Shown here one piece after another: positions 1 to 10,727 of a stretch of 25,000 nt of DNA (the first letter of the stretch is position 1; every line of letters begins with the position of its first letter). Position numbers and translations under genes: made by a program. This DNA is from Takakia lepidozioides. Its lineage: Eukaryota; Plantae; Bryophyta. The notes beneath the pieces are model-generated. The model searched no databases, was not told the DNA's origin, and saw only the letters and a list, made by a program, of their open reading frames with translations. The stretch spans positions 1 to 25,000 of the forward strand of contig JAKLZA010000015.1 of NCBI GenBank assembly GCA_030704615.1, read 5' to 3'.

Positions 1-308
1 CTCTCTTCAACTCTATCAAGGGAATTGTGCCTGTACCCCTGTTTACCAACTTTGAAAGTCTCGAGGCTGAGCCAAAAGCCCAGGCCCTCCTAAGGCCTAG
101 CTTTTGGGCAAATCACACACAACAGATTGATGCTTGTGTGAAGGGATTTCTAGAGGATATCTGGAAAACCCGGATTAATTCATTACATGAAGGTAAGTCT
201 TACTACCAACGTCAGCCCCTGACAGAGGTAGGTTCTGTTCCTTTTATTCCCGCTCAAACTGGGCACGGGGTCAATGGCCACAAGGCTATGGCAAACAACG
301 TCTTCTGA
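1..308 (+). mobile_element. 3' end of a non-LTR retrotransposon (LINE) ORF2, truncated by the window edge
   Basis: Frame +3 is open from the window start to TGA at 306-308: ...QALLRPSFWANHTQQIDACVKGFLEDIWKTRINSLH...GHGVNGHKAMANNVF. The 'FW...V..FL..IW..R' helix and terminal 'GxGxxGxxAMA' resemble C-termini of green-lineage LINE RT proteins (recalled, not searched). No RT core is in the window. Confidence 0.45.
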
Positions 309-354
309 CCACATCCTCTCCCTCCAGTTATATATTGTAATGGGAGAGAAAGCA

Positions 355-563
355 AGACCACATTTCGTTCATCCATCTTGTTGAGTACTTGAGACGTTAG
401 GCCTACATGTCAGCAATAGCAGTCTCTCCCGTGCGATTCCAGCATTGATGATGTCAAAATGGACCTCTTTGCCCCTTTTTAGATCTCCAAGGCTGGCATA
501 GGCATTCAAAACGCAAGTGAACGTGACTCCGCCGTCCCTTCTCCTTGGCATTTCCTCATAGAT
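355..563 (-). pseudogene. PLS-class pentatricopeptide repeat (PPR) gene fragment
   Basis: Minus strand reads IYEEMPRRRDGGVTFTCVLNAYASLGDLKRGKEVHFDIINAG. After a frameshift it reads ETAIADM*A*...QVLNKMDERNVV. This matches L/S/P PPR motifs (VTF..VL.ACA.LG.L..GK.VH; TALVDMYAK; VF.KM.ERNVV), with stops and frameshifts. Confidence 0.85.
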
Positions 564-1561
564 CTATGTACAACAAGGTCGATTCCACACTGCTACTCTA
601 GCCCAAATCTAATACATGGGGCCGTGATTGCCCCATTGTGTCACAAAGCTGGAGAAAGGGCGCAACAAAGGGAGAGATTACTTTTATGGAAAAGCATACA
701 CTACCATACTTAACCAAGAGCAAGGAAACGAGGAGCTGCTAAAAATATAAGTTTAAGCGGTGGTGAAAGCAGGCCAAGCAATAAAATGTAGAACGGCTTT
801 GGCAGGAGTTTATGTCAGATCCTTCACAATGTGGGACAACAGGTCTGACAAGGTGGGGCTGTCTCTATCAGTACCTGATGAAGAGGAGTTTTCCTGGATT
901 AAAGGTCAAAGATCTTTTTCCTGAAGTTGTTGTATGTGTTTTTTGGTAGACGAATCATGGCTTGAGTTGCTTTAATCAAGTACAGCATGATCTTTGTCGT
1001 CACATCTGCTGTAGTTTGGATTTTACGGTTATAGCCTGATCCAAACGAGGCTTATAGCTCCTCACTTGCACACTTGTGATTTTTGCAGACTTTTTGCAGA
1101 TCACCAGACTTCAGACATAGACAAAAATGAAGCCCCTTTGGATTGAGAGTTGGTCCAACCCCACTTGGGGGAAAGCAGAGCTAAATGCCATGACTCAAGT
1201 GAAGCACAATCTATCTATGGTGATGATGTCGATGTACACAATGGAGTTGTAGGCCAAGACTGTAATGGGCATTGTTTTGATGCTTCCAAGTCAATCAGGG
1301 AGAATTTGCAAATTGTACTCGCAAATGAGGTGACTGCAGCTGTGTAAGGAGCTTGAGAGATCTTCCTTGTGGTATCTCGGAGTTTTCAACTATGTTAGTT
1401 GAAGTATATTTAAGGTTGGTAGGTAAGAGTTTGGAGTCGCGGAGGATGGCAGGGTTGAATCAGACACAATTGTTTGTTGGACAACAGACTGGCTGCAGAA
1501 GTAGAACCTCCACCATCACTGAGAACCAGGAGTCCACAAAATCTCTGTTGGCCCTTATGTG

Positions 1562-2055
1562 GATGTAAGGACACTATGTAAGGCAGGACGATTGAAAGAG
1601 TTCCTGCAAACTCTGAACCAACAAGGCATTTAGACAAACTCCAAGACTTAGGTTTGTGCCTTGCAGGAGTGCGCATCAACATGAAAACTCTTGTCGACCT
1701 GTATACCAAGTGCAAAAGTCTGGTGATGCAAGTGAAGTTTTCGACAAAATGCCTGAATGAGATATATGTCTACATGGAATACAATGATAGCAGGATATGT
1801 CAAGCATGGGTCTGTTAGGGAAGCTTTCAACATCTATGAGATAATGCAACTGGAAGGGGTGACCCCAGACAGGGTCACATTCACTTGCAATCTGAGTGTA
1901 AGTACCAGCCTAGGATAGGAATCTTGGAACAGGGCAAAGGGGTACATGATGACATTGTAAAAGCAGCACACCACCCTATTTTCAATTCCAACCCCATTCC
2001 CCACATGTAAATTAGAGACTGCCCTTCTTGACATGTATGTCAAATGTGGAGTCTT
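1562..2055 (+). pseudogene. PLS-class PPR pseudogene (N-terminal part)
   Basis: Reads across frameshifts and stops as DVRTLCKAGRLKEFLQTLNQQGI*TNSKT*VCALQEC / KTLVDLYTKCKSL / DASEVFDKMPE*D / TWNTMIAGYVKHGSVREAFNIYEIMQLEGVTPDRVTFTCNLSVSTSLG / ILEQGKGVHDDIVKA...LETALLDMYVKCG. This is the canonical P-L-S succession of organellar RNA-editing factors, with several in-frame stops. Confidence 0.92.
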
Positions 2056-2409
2056 CAACCAAGAAATTCTGAAGGTTTTGTTTTGTAGCATGCGGGTTGT
2101 CTATTGCTTTATGCCCAATATCTGTTTTGCTGTGTGTGTGTCAACACATCAACTTGATGGGTCTCATAGACCCGAAGCTCTCTCACAGAAAATTCAGAGA
2201 CTAGTGATAATCAGGGATCTAGAGCTGATATATGGTCTGAAAAAATGGGAGAAAGCTTTCAGATCATTATCCAATGTAAGTTTTGTAATCTACATTGTTC
2301 TGTGTAAGTTTGGGACTAAAATAGTCTTTTTGATTCTTGCTTCTGATATGAATTCACATGGGAGCAATTTGTCCTTTCTGTGCAGGGGGTGTGCACTTGA
2401 AGGACACCC

Positions 2410-3231
2410 ACTTCTCCAACAATGCACCTGCGAACACATTCGATAGTACCGGATGAGGTAGCCTGGAAAGGAACTGAAGGAGATCAAGTGGATAAAGGCT
2501 AGAAAGGCAAGAAGGCGTGAGCTCAATATGTATCCCAGTATAAGAAATCTGTATATTTCTCAAGAAACACCTCCTCAAAGCTTATGTCAAGCAAGCCCGC
2601 ACCTGTCCTCAACCTGTTTAGCTCCAAGGTTCTTCCAGCTGCCATCTTATTGAGCCAGCTCAACCATTCAAGAGTGTACTCAGTGGTCATGGTGCTAACT
2701 CATGCTTTGTGGTCTATGTAAGTGAGCAAACAAAGATACTGATTGCCTGTCTGGGGGAAGGGTGCAGTGACTGCTCTCAGTTCATTGTTGGAAAGTGGCC
2801 TGTCATCTGTGCAACATGTAGAGAGGGTCCCAGGAGACCAATAGTGACAGAAGCATGTCTAGTTCATTTTCATGAGAAAGTGTATAATTCCACACAACAT
2901 ATGCAGTTGGATCCTCTAGATATTGAAAATATCTCACTACCCCTAACCAGAGATATGAGAAATGTCTCTTTTATGGATGCCAACAGAATTGTCACCACCC
3001 CTAACGGTGTGGAAGGTGCATCAGCATTCGACGTCCACAAACCTCCAGTGACCACGCAGGCAATTCGAGCTTGAGATATTCCAGTAAGCGAATTCCAGGA
3101 ACCTTCTCAAAATATCTTCTGTGACTGGGGAAGGAAAACCTTTGTCATCCTTAGGAGCCCTCACCAAACTACTCCTGGATCCCTCTAATTTGAATACAGC
3201 AAAGGATGAGAGTCAGAGCACACGCCTTCAT
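2410..3231 (-). pseudogene. Heavily decayed GT1 glycosyltransferase, sterol 3-beta-glucosyltransferase-like (Glyco_transf_28-type N-terminal half), no visible introns
   Basis: Colinear fragments across frames: MKACALTL (ATG 3229-3231), LVRA..DKGF, LEFA/LTG, LWTS..TPLGVV, ELDML/VTIGLLGPSLHVAQMTG, PFPQTGN, TEYTLEWLSW, LNRLRTGAGL, DFLY/TGIHI, YPLDLLQFLSRLPHPV..VF. The order follows the family pattern MKI.ILTL, LEFAP..G, GYH(I/V)AE.LG.P, LTY..E.L.W, IN..R...LGL, P.LY, TGYW, P.DL..FL....PV..GFG. Needs several frameshifts and stops. Confidence 0.5.
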
Positions 3232-3476
3232 ATTGACAGAATGAACAAACAAATACACACCTGAATCCGAACAAGACGTCAAAGCAGACGTCCATAAACA
3301 AAAGGAGTCTGAGAATCGCTGGAACTCAAAATTCATGACACAAGCCCAGGGGCAATCGTCTCCACACGACAAGATTCTATTTCATCAGAATAGAGTAACC
3401 GCTGTCTTTATGTAATATACAATTACCACCAGTTTGGTGGTGCTGGGATTTAGGGACTAGGTTATGGTACACTGGG

Positions 3477-4241
3477 TTATGACTCGCTCTGCCATAAGAA
3501 GAGAGCATAACTTGCGTGGATGTTGGCGTCACCCGGTGACACTTGGAGAGCCTGGCTGTACAATTCCTCAGCTTTCTCTGCATTCCCTAATGTTCTCCAT
3601 GAAAACTCAGCATACTCTAATAGCAATCGTGGATTATGTGGATGGGACTGCAGAGCGACTTCAAAATACTTCTCAGCAGCACCGTTCTCCATCCACACCT
3701 CACTCAGAAACACGGCAAAATCCAAAGCAAAATGTGTCTTATGTCTGAGCTCCTCGTCTCTTTGCCTTCTATTGTGGTAGGTAGCTGTTCTAGACTCCAA
3801 CACATTGGGTGAGTTAAATTTTGTGAGCCAATTATCAGGAGACACCACTTGGGCTGGAGAGTCCTCAAAGATGGGTCGACATCCATTGCTATTGCATTCA
3901 ACTCGGCCAACCGCTGCTACAGTTTCAAAAGACCCTTGCAAAACAGCTCGGTTTTTCTCAACACTCCGCACCTGCGGTAACGTGTCATCCTCCATGTCCA
4001 TCAGGTCTACTCTGAATCCATCAGTCTCCATTCTAGGAAGGCGAAAGACTGCCGCTCTCAGTCGGCAACCAAGTTTGTTGTCTGGAACAGAGCAAGTGAC
4101 ATTCGGTGCCTTTCTGGGAACTTGAGGCAGATCCCTATCTACAGGGCATGCGACATGCGTCCTCTGCGAAGATCTTACGGCACGCCAAGCATCTGCAGAT
4201 GCAGAAGATGCCAACCTGGACATCAAACTCCTCTCCGCCAT
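3477..4241 (-). CDS. Tetratricopeptide repeat (TPR)-like protein, 254 aa, low-complexity N-terminus and C-terminal TPRs
   Basis: Intact ORF from ATG 4239-4241 to the stop at 3477. C-terminus FALDFAVFLSEV..ENGAAEKYFEVALQSHPHNPRLLLEYAEFSWRTLGNAEKAEELYSQALQVSPGDANIHASYALFLWQSES matches the plant small TPR family (AEEYY..A...P.D..V.ASYA.FLW). Likely 5'-UTR intron acceptor ctctcttgccgccttcag ends at 4351. Confidence 0.9.
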   Translation of the reverse strand: MAERSLMSRLASSASADAWRAVRSSQRTHVACPVDRDLPQVPRKAPNVTCSVPDNKLGCRLRAAVFRLPRMETDGFRVDLMDMEDDTLPQVRSVEKNRAVLQGSFETVAAVGRVECNSNGCRPIFEDSPAQVVSPDNWLTKFNSPNVLESRTATYHNRRQRDEELRHKTHFALDFAVFLSEVWMENGAAEKYFEVALQSHPHNPRLLLEYAEFSWRTLGNAEKAEELYSQALQVSPGDANIHASYALFLWQSES

Positions 4242-4899
4242 AGTCACACTTAAGAAAAAGGACCTGAATCTCCTTAGGAACTTTATCCCCTGCTTTGATT
4301 CCGAAGTAGCACAGAGAAGTAACGCCTTTTTTCAGCTTCTTCAGAAGCACCTGAAGGCGGCAAGAGAGGAGCAACTTCTAAATGCTTGCTCTGAGTGCAT
4401 TATGCAGGACGCAATAACTTGTTGAAATCCCTACCTCATGTTCAGAGGCAAGACTACCGCCTGATTAGAATTTTCGCTGTGGAGCTCAAAAGGCTTGAAA
4501 AACCAGATCCCCTCGTTCTCTTATAATTATTCCCAACCAACCTCTATGGTGTATGATAAAAGAAAATTTCCTGGCAAGGACCAGACAAACCGCGGAGAAA
4601 GAGAGAATGAGAAACACCTCCCGGTGTTGTGGGAAAATGCAGATGCTAGTGACAGAAATCAACAGGAAATTGCAACCAGCATGCTCGAGCACAGTACTAC
4701 AACAAAGAGATATTTAGTTTACAGCGTAGCCGAGTGGACTTCACCACCTATCCAGATTTCCAGATGCTAGAAAGGTCTACCGAGACCTTGAGAAACACAC
4801 AGACTGCCAGACTCCTCGCCCTGGCGTCTGTTAACGCAAACCTTAGAACAACAAAGAAAGATTTGAAGAGAAAAATGATAACCCCAAAGGAAGATCTTT

Positions 4900-5135
4900 G
4901 GATCTGAAAGAGAAGAAGCTGCACAGGCACAGTGAGAGAGCCCTCCGCAGTGGAGAGTACCGATCACTGTGCGCTGCTGTGCGAGGCCGTCTTGATATGC
5001 AGCGCTCCTCCAGTGTCCTTCGCACGGGCGTCCCGGCACCACCCGAGCCTTTGACGGGCCCGGGCGACGCGCGTGTGGTGGGATGCCGCCGCAACCCCGA
5101 CACCGCGCAGCCTCCCTGTGTGCCGCGCGGTTCCT
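4900..5135 (-). promoter_or_regulatory. GC/CpG-rich probable promoter and transcription-start region of the TPR gene
   Basis: Sharp GC-rich island with GGGCCC and CGCG motifs, next to a CT-rich (minus-strand) leader upstream of the TPR CDS and bounded by AT-rich DNA from ~5150. Positional inference only. Confidence 0.4.
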
Positions 5136-5820
5136 AAGTTCCCCTAGGATTCATTTATTTGTTTATTTATTTTTTGGGATGAAGCCCCGATATTTCATTT
5201 TATTTTATTTACTTAGGGGATTTATTTAGATTATCTTATAACTATGTATGACCCACGAGTACGCTACGCACTGCCTCCTTCATTTTTTATTGTATTATTA
5301 TTATTACTATATGCGTACTTTAGAGCTGTATAATAATAGGCTCCTCACAGATCCTTAAGAAAAACAATTAAACAAAAAATTGATTTGCAAAATTGATCCG
5401 TCAACATTATCCTGCATTTAACCATCACCATTAAGAAAACAAAAACCATAACTAACTAACTTTTTTTTTAAAAAAAACAAACGGAAAGTGCTTTTCTTTC
5501 CACTATTGTCCCTTTTTCTTTTTCGGGCATTTCCAAGGAACTGTAAAGTAAACCTCCTTACGGTTCGGGCCACGAGGGGCAGAGACGCAGCCCGAAGCGA
5601 GACAGCGCACACCCGGTTCGAACTCGGATCCCACAGACCCATTGACACATTGTCTTACCACCCGGCCATCATCGCCCTATTAAACAATAATTTCGTTTTC
5701 ATTATATTTAACTGGACAATTTCTTCCTATTTGTTTCTAACTTTAGAAACCAGGGAGTCATAGTTGGAGGCGTCAGGGAGAAAGATCAAAACCAGGGACA
5801 CGCGCCATATGGCACACAGC

Positions 5821-6040
5821 CAGTCAGCGAAGGAGGGAACGAGGGATCACCGCTTCAAAGTCCCTCATAATCATGTACCCCCAGTCAGCAAAGGAGGGAG
5901 TCCTGGGACAAAGGAAGCGCTGCTCCCAACTCCACCACAATGAGACAGACTCTCATCAGTCAGCAAAGGAGCAGTGCCAGGGAGCACCGCTTCCAACTCC
6001 ATCACAATCATGTGCACCCTCAGTCAGCAAAAAGGAGTGG
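5821..6040. repeat. Degenerate tandem repeat, ~61-75-bp unit, ~3.5 copies
   Basis: CAGTCAGC(A/G)AAGGAG starts at 5821, 5882 and 5957, with a variant CAGTCAGCAAAAAGGAG at 6021. The intervening segments are also related (ACCGCTTC..CA(C/T)AATCATGT). Confidence 0.75.
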
Positions 6041-6489
6041 GAATGGCAAGTATCTCTCCTCTCCGCTGTGATGCAGCTTTCATGGCTTAATAGAAACTTG
6101 TAAAGGGCCTGAAATGTGCCAAGTTGCTGCTTGTAGGTTTCTTCTTTCTATCTTAGAAAATAAAAAAAACATCATGCAACATATGCCATTATGCAGGGAA
6201 TTTCATTAATTTATTTTTAATAATTATTTTTACTTTTAATATTACAATCTGACTCAAGAGCAGTACTCGCAAAAACCTTCTGATAAATTCCCTTGTTATT
6301 TTGAGGCCGTCGACCCACACAACGACCTCCAGGTTACTTATAGAATTGTTTTTACAAGGTCGATATCCCCTCTCTGTAAGCCTCACACAGCCCCAAAGGT
6401 GGTAAGTTATTTTTCCCACTTTCTAATGCAATTTTCTCCACGTTCCCGTCGCGCTTGCCAGAAAAAAAAAGAAGAAAAAAAGAAAAAGA

Positions 6490-6582
6490 ACAATTTGGGA
6501 TCTGTCCCATTTTCCCAGGAAAAAAAGAAGAAAGAAGAAACAATTTGGGCTCCGTCCCATTTTCCCAAAAAAATAAAACAAT
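6490..6582 (+). repeat. ~50-bp tandem duplication of a GGG..GTCCC + A-tail motif
   Basis: ACAATTTGGGATCTGTCCCATTTTCCC + A-rich tract, followed by ACAATTTGGGCTCCGTCCCATTTTCCC + A-rich tract. Confidence 0.7.
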
Positions 6583-6734
6583 TACCGTTGGTTACCGTTA
6601 TTGCAGTGGGCAGGAAAGATAGAAGACACGTTATTATTGCGCGGGGCAAGAGAGATCGAAACAGAACTGTGTTCCGAGTTCCGAGGAGTTGAGAAATGAA
6701 AATGACAGAAAAGCGAGCAAAGTGGGAAGGCTCC

Positions 6735-7030
6735 ACGGCTCTCACCGGGCAGGTACGTGGCGGGCGGGCAGCACAGCGTTTGTCATGTTGAAAACGCGCA
6801 AAGTCACGAGCAGCGTGAGCGCCCACGTGATGCCCCGCGCTGCACCAACTGCGGCGCGGGCCCACGCAGCCGCGCTGCCGGCCCACAGTTGTCCTACGCC
6901 GCGCCCGCGCTGCGTGCAGGCAACCGCGGCGGCTACGGCTCACCGCGCGCGGGCATGCCCACGTGCGAGCCATGTGGAGTTGTAGGGGTTGTGTTGGTAG
7001 GGCCCGACGGCCGCAATCATGGTGCCGCCC
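6735..7030. promoter_or_regulatory. CpG-rich island with clustered ABRE/G-box, site II and DRE-core motifs
   Basis: TACGTGGC 6754-6761, CACGTG 6824-6829 and 6960-6965, GGGCCCA 6858-6864, GGGCCC 7000-7005, CCGAC 7004-7008 and many CGCG. No credible CDS in it. Confidence 0.4.
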
Positions 7031-7433
7031 ATCACCATCCTCCAACTTGACATTTACTATTACTAGACCCAAGTTACATTTTTCCTACCCAATTTTGGAA
7101 TTCCAAATACCAAAAAGGTGGCAAAAGCGTGCAGGAAGTAGTATACCGTAGTACCAAAATCTTGGCCGAATTTCGGGAAAAGTGGGCAAGGTGGGAAAAC
7201 ATGGATGATCGCTAGTAGGCCTGCTTGTGTGGATTTTTTACTCAATAATTGTACCCCAATAATTGGAAAATGAAATTGAGCTTAATGAGTTCCTCCCCTT
7301 TCCTCAAAAAACAAAAAACAAAATAGAAATAAAAATACAAAAACAATTGAACCCAAGTATGTACAGTTTTTGCTTATCCTTGGGATAAGGCTCACAGAAA
7401 TGAGAAGATTATTTATCCTCTGGGTAGGGGTAA

Positions 7434-7675
7434 ATTATTATTATTATTATTATTATTTAAAAAAAGGAAACCTGGGAGCGACTGCTCACAATTCAGGCCC
7501 TTGAGGAGGGGAAAAAATTAACCCCCTTTCAGATAAGCCATTAGGCACACAGGTGGGAAACCGCACCACCAGATCAGCCGGTCACGAACAATCCACACAC
7601 CAGGCAGGGTAGCGGGTTTGAACCCCGAACCACCAGGGCGACACACTGTGCACTTACCAGCTGAGCTACCAGCTG
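7434..7675 (-). mobile_element. tRNA-derived SINE, near full length
   Basis: Minus strand has Pol III A-box TAGCTCAGCTGG (7668-7657) and B-box GGTTCAAACCC (7624-7614). These are followed by a ~150-bp tRNA-unrelated body ending GTTTCC, a T-run and a (TAA)n tail (7434-7458). A second partial copy of the body is at 21481-21549. No convincing cloverleaf; TSD not evident. Confidence 0.85.
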
Positions 7676-9462
7676 ATGTGCAGTTATTTATAGGTCACTT
7701 ATTTTTCAATTCTGGTCAAGGATAAATAGAAATTTGATGATTTAAAGGATGAGGCCAACACATATATTAATTAGCATTTAATAAGCCTCCCTTTTCTTTA
7801 AAAAAAAAAGCCTCCCCTAAAAATAAAATAAAAATCGGGGGGCACTTTTGAATTCCCTCCGTTGGGCTTTTTCCTTCGCTTCAGAACTTGGTTTCTTGAG
7901 GGCCACTGTCCTCTTTAATTTCTCTTTAAGAAAAAAAAAAAAACTTGGTTTCAGAGTGATTGCTGCTCTGCTTAACTTAAAGGCTACACGCGCTCCCCAG
8001 GTTATTTTTTCCTCGACCTATTCAATGAATTTCGGGATTTTTGGTAAACATGAATATAATCAACAGTAAAAATAAAGGTAAGGGTAAGTGATTCTCTCTT
8101 TATGTACCCAAAAAGTAAATTGAGGTTATTATTGAAGGTTATATAGTAAGGATTTTTGTGTTTGTTATGGGCAGATCTATTTTCTTAAAGGTGGGCATTT
8201 TGGGTGTAAGAGTAGGGCTGATTGTATGATAGTGTGAGTAATGCAAGTTGATGTTTTCATCACACCAAAGTAAATAAGACTATGCAATGCAATATATTTG
8301 GGGCACGGCCGTTCGGGTTGTTTTTCCCTCTTTAATAAAAAATAAATAAAGAAAGAGGGATAGTAGCCTCATTATTCATAATTCTATAGATAAAGGACCC
8401 AAACCCTTTTTAATATGATGTTCTAGGGGGCCTCTGTCCCCTTTTCCTGTTTAAAAAATTGCAATGTAGAATTTAAAAATTATAATAGTAAGGGTCTAGG
8501 GCTGAGGGGGCTGAGATTATCTACACTTCCTCTCCTTTAAGCTGTGAAGGGGGCAGGTAGGGCGTTGGTACACAAGGACGGAGGTCTAGCTGGTCTAAAG
8601 AGACAGAAGACAACTCCACATTTATTCTTTTCTTATTTACCCTCCATTTAATATACATTTACCCTGGATAAAAACTATATACAAATGATTATTTCGTACG
8701 AAGATCAATTAATTAATTTTTATAATGAAGAGTAACATCCAAACGATTTATTTGTCTGCCAGGTAAATTTTTAGGGCTGCAATGCCAATGGATGCCTGCA
8801 GCCTTGCATCGGAGCGGTCAAGCGAGGTCTACTATAATCCACTTTCTTTTGCTTCATTTCGATGTCTTATGGGTGTACATACACCCGATTTCTGACAATC
8901 CAAGCAAACACATTTGTAAGCTTTTGCCTTCCTTATGCTTCATTTCAACACCGAATCAGATTTGTAAGTGGTATGGTTGTATACCAAATTTCGACGAGAT
9001 CCTAGCAATCAGCTTTGTAAGCGGTTTCTCTAGTTTGCAGAGGTTGCAGAAACTTTTCAAACTTTTCAAACTGCCAAAAAGGTTTAGGGGAACATGTTTC
9101 AACAGTCAATTTTTACAGTTATCAGCTTTTTGTCAGTTGTGAATAAAAAGGTGGCCCGAGGTGCAGATTTTGTGAAAAATCTTACTGGTTAGTGTAGGAG
9201 TGATGAGTGACTCACTTTGGTTAGCGAACTAAACCATGTTGGGGCCTTGAGCAAATTCATCCTTATCCGCAAGACTTGCACGTGCTCAAGAGCTCCCCTT
9301 TTCTAAGGAGTAGTATTTGTTTAATATTCTTCGAGTCCAAATGTTGGAGCACGCTCATCAATGAATGTTTTGGAATGAAACTCTTTCGAAGTACAAATTG
9401 TGATGGAGCAGAACAATGTTACAAAGTTGAAGCCGTAATGTTGACAGACTCCATGATCACCA

Positions 9463-9570
9463 GTCAAGTGGATGGACCAAAAGTCTGAAGATTCTCTCTC
9501 TCTCTCAAGTCTGATGGTCAAGTGGATGGACCAAAAGTCTGGAGATTCTCTCTCTCTCTCAAGTCTGATG
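9463..9570. repeat. 54-bp near-perfect tandem duplication containing a (TC)n tract
   Basis: GTCAAGTGGATGGACCAAAAGTCTG(A/G)AGATTCTCTCTCTCTCTCAAGTCTGATG at 9463-9516 and 9517-9570, one mismatch. Confidence 0.95.
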
Positions 9571-9899
9571 GTCCTGTTTTCTCTCAACAGTCACAAGTGG
9601 GTAGAGAGAGACGGTGAGAAAAGTGGGTAGTAAGCTGGTCAAGTTGCCTCTCCTTTTCTGACAAAAAGCGGCAGCAACCTCACGAGCTGACAGGGAAACT
9701 GATGGCCCAGCACAATGCTGCAGCCTGCCACCGCCACTCAGCAGTGCCAGCCCGCGTGCAAACTCTTTTGTCGAATTCCCAGCTTGCTGTGAACATGTAC
9801 AGGATTTGGGGCGGAAAGGGCGGTGAAGCTGAGGCCTGCATACACCGGGACAAGATTAAAAGATTTGCGGGGGCCCAACTTTGAGTTCCGTCGTCAACA

Positions 9900-10330
9900 T
9901 CTTCCGAGACCCCCGGTCTCTCATCCTACTTGGCTGGCCAGCAGGGAGTTGATCCTGTAGGACGTACTGTGCGTGAAGATAGACATGTGCAGCGCGGTCC
10001 CACTTATTTAGAGGTTCCAAACCTGGAGATCCTCATCCAACACCTTCCAACTTGGAAAGATCCCTTGCCGGAGCTGATTCCATATGAACGTCGAGTGAAG
10101 TGCCTTAACATTCTGATTTGGGGAAACTGTTGGACAGCAAAATCGCTGCATCGGACAAAGATCAGGCCAAAGTCCACGTCTTTTACTAACTCTGGAATGG
10201 TCCTATGTAACGCCAAGGAAGGAAGTATCAAACTAGGGGCTGGTAAGCCGCCAACTTTTTGAGTGGATGAGTTGTGGGACAGGCCATAAATAAGTATCGC
10301 AATCAAATGGCCCCATGTTCTGTACATGCG
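9900..10330 (-). mobile_element. Degenerate L1-type LINE ORF2 C-terminus (zf-RVT region)
   Basis: Across frameshifts: TYLWP / HPLKKL / LALHRTIP / RVSKRRGLWPDLCP / RC / SE.LRH / STFIWNQLRQ / KWDRAAHVYLH / RINSLL. This follows the zf-RVT pattern LW...K...WL.LH..LP...L..RG...CP.C...E...H....C...W, then W....W..RN. Highly decayed. Confidence 0.4.
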
Positions 10331-10683
10331 GTGGAGAAACAGGTTGAAAAGACACTCAACATCTCTGGACCTTGGCTTTCAAAACCTGAGGCCCCAACTC
10401 GCTGGGCCCACGGAAGTAAAGACAAGCTAACATGGGAGGGCACCCACACCACTCAAGACGACACCTCTGCACGAGCTCGGTGCACCTTTATCAGGGCAAT
10501 CCCTCTTGTTTTTCCTGTGTCAATCCCACTTGTGTCTTGGGGCGCCCGTTCAAGATTGAGGAGTTGTTTTGCTTGTAGCTCCTTTGGGGTCACCAAAGGT
10601 CTCAGCCCAAAAATTCACTTACAATTTTGATCCATAGAATCTACAAATCTGTAACAGTGGATGTGAGGTTTTTTCCAGTTGAA

Positions 10684-10727
10684 ATCCGATGGGATCCGTT
10701 GGGTTTCGATAGGATCCGATGGGATTC
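10684..10727. repeat. Short decamer tandem repeat (ATCCGATGGG-like, ~4.5 copies)
   Basis: ATCCGATGGG ATCCGTTGGG TTTCGATAGG ATCCGATGGG ATTC. Confidence 0.7.

Noticed and set aside
5821-6040. CRISPR-like array (repeat plus spacer appearance)
   Set aside because: The core is only 15 bp, the 'spacers' are homologous to each other and vary in length, there are no cas genes, and the context is eukaryotic.
6407-7072. 221-aa minus-strand ORF and overlapping ORFs
   Set aside because: Product of a GC-rich island plus poly-T tracts (R/A-rich then F-rich) with no recognisable domain.
7600-7680. tRNA gene
   Set aside because: A/B boxes are present but there is no convincing acceptor or anticodon stem. 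It continues into a repeated body with a tail, so it is called a SINE.
8790-9140. 116-aa ORF with three TTTGTAAG-containing repeats and a small hairpin GGGTGTACATACACCC
   Set aside because: No recognisable protein; the repeats are short and irregular, with no element boundaries.
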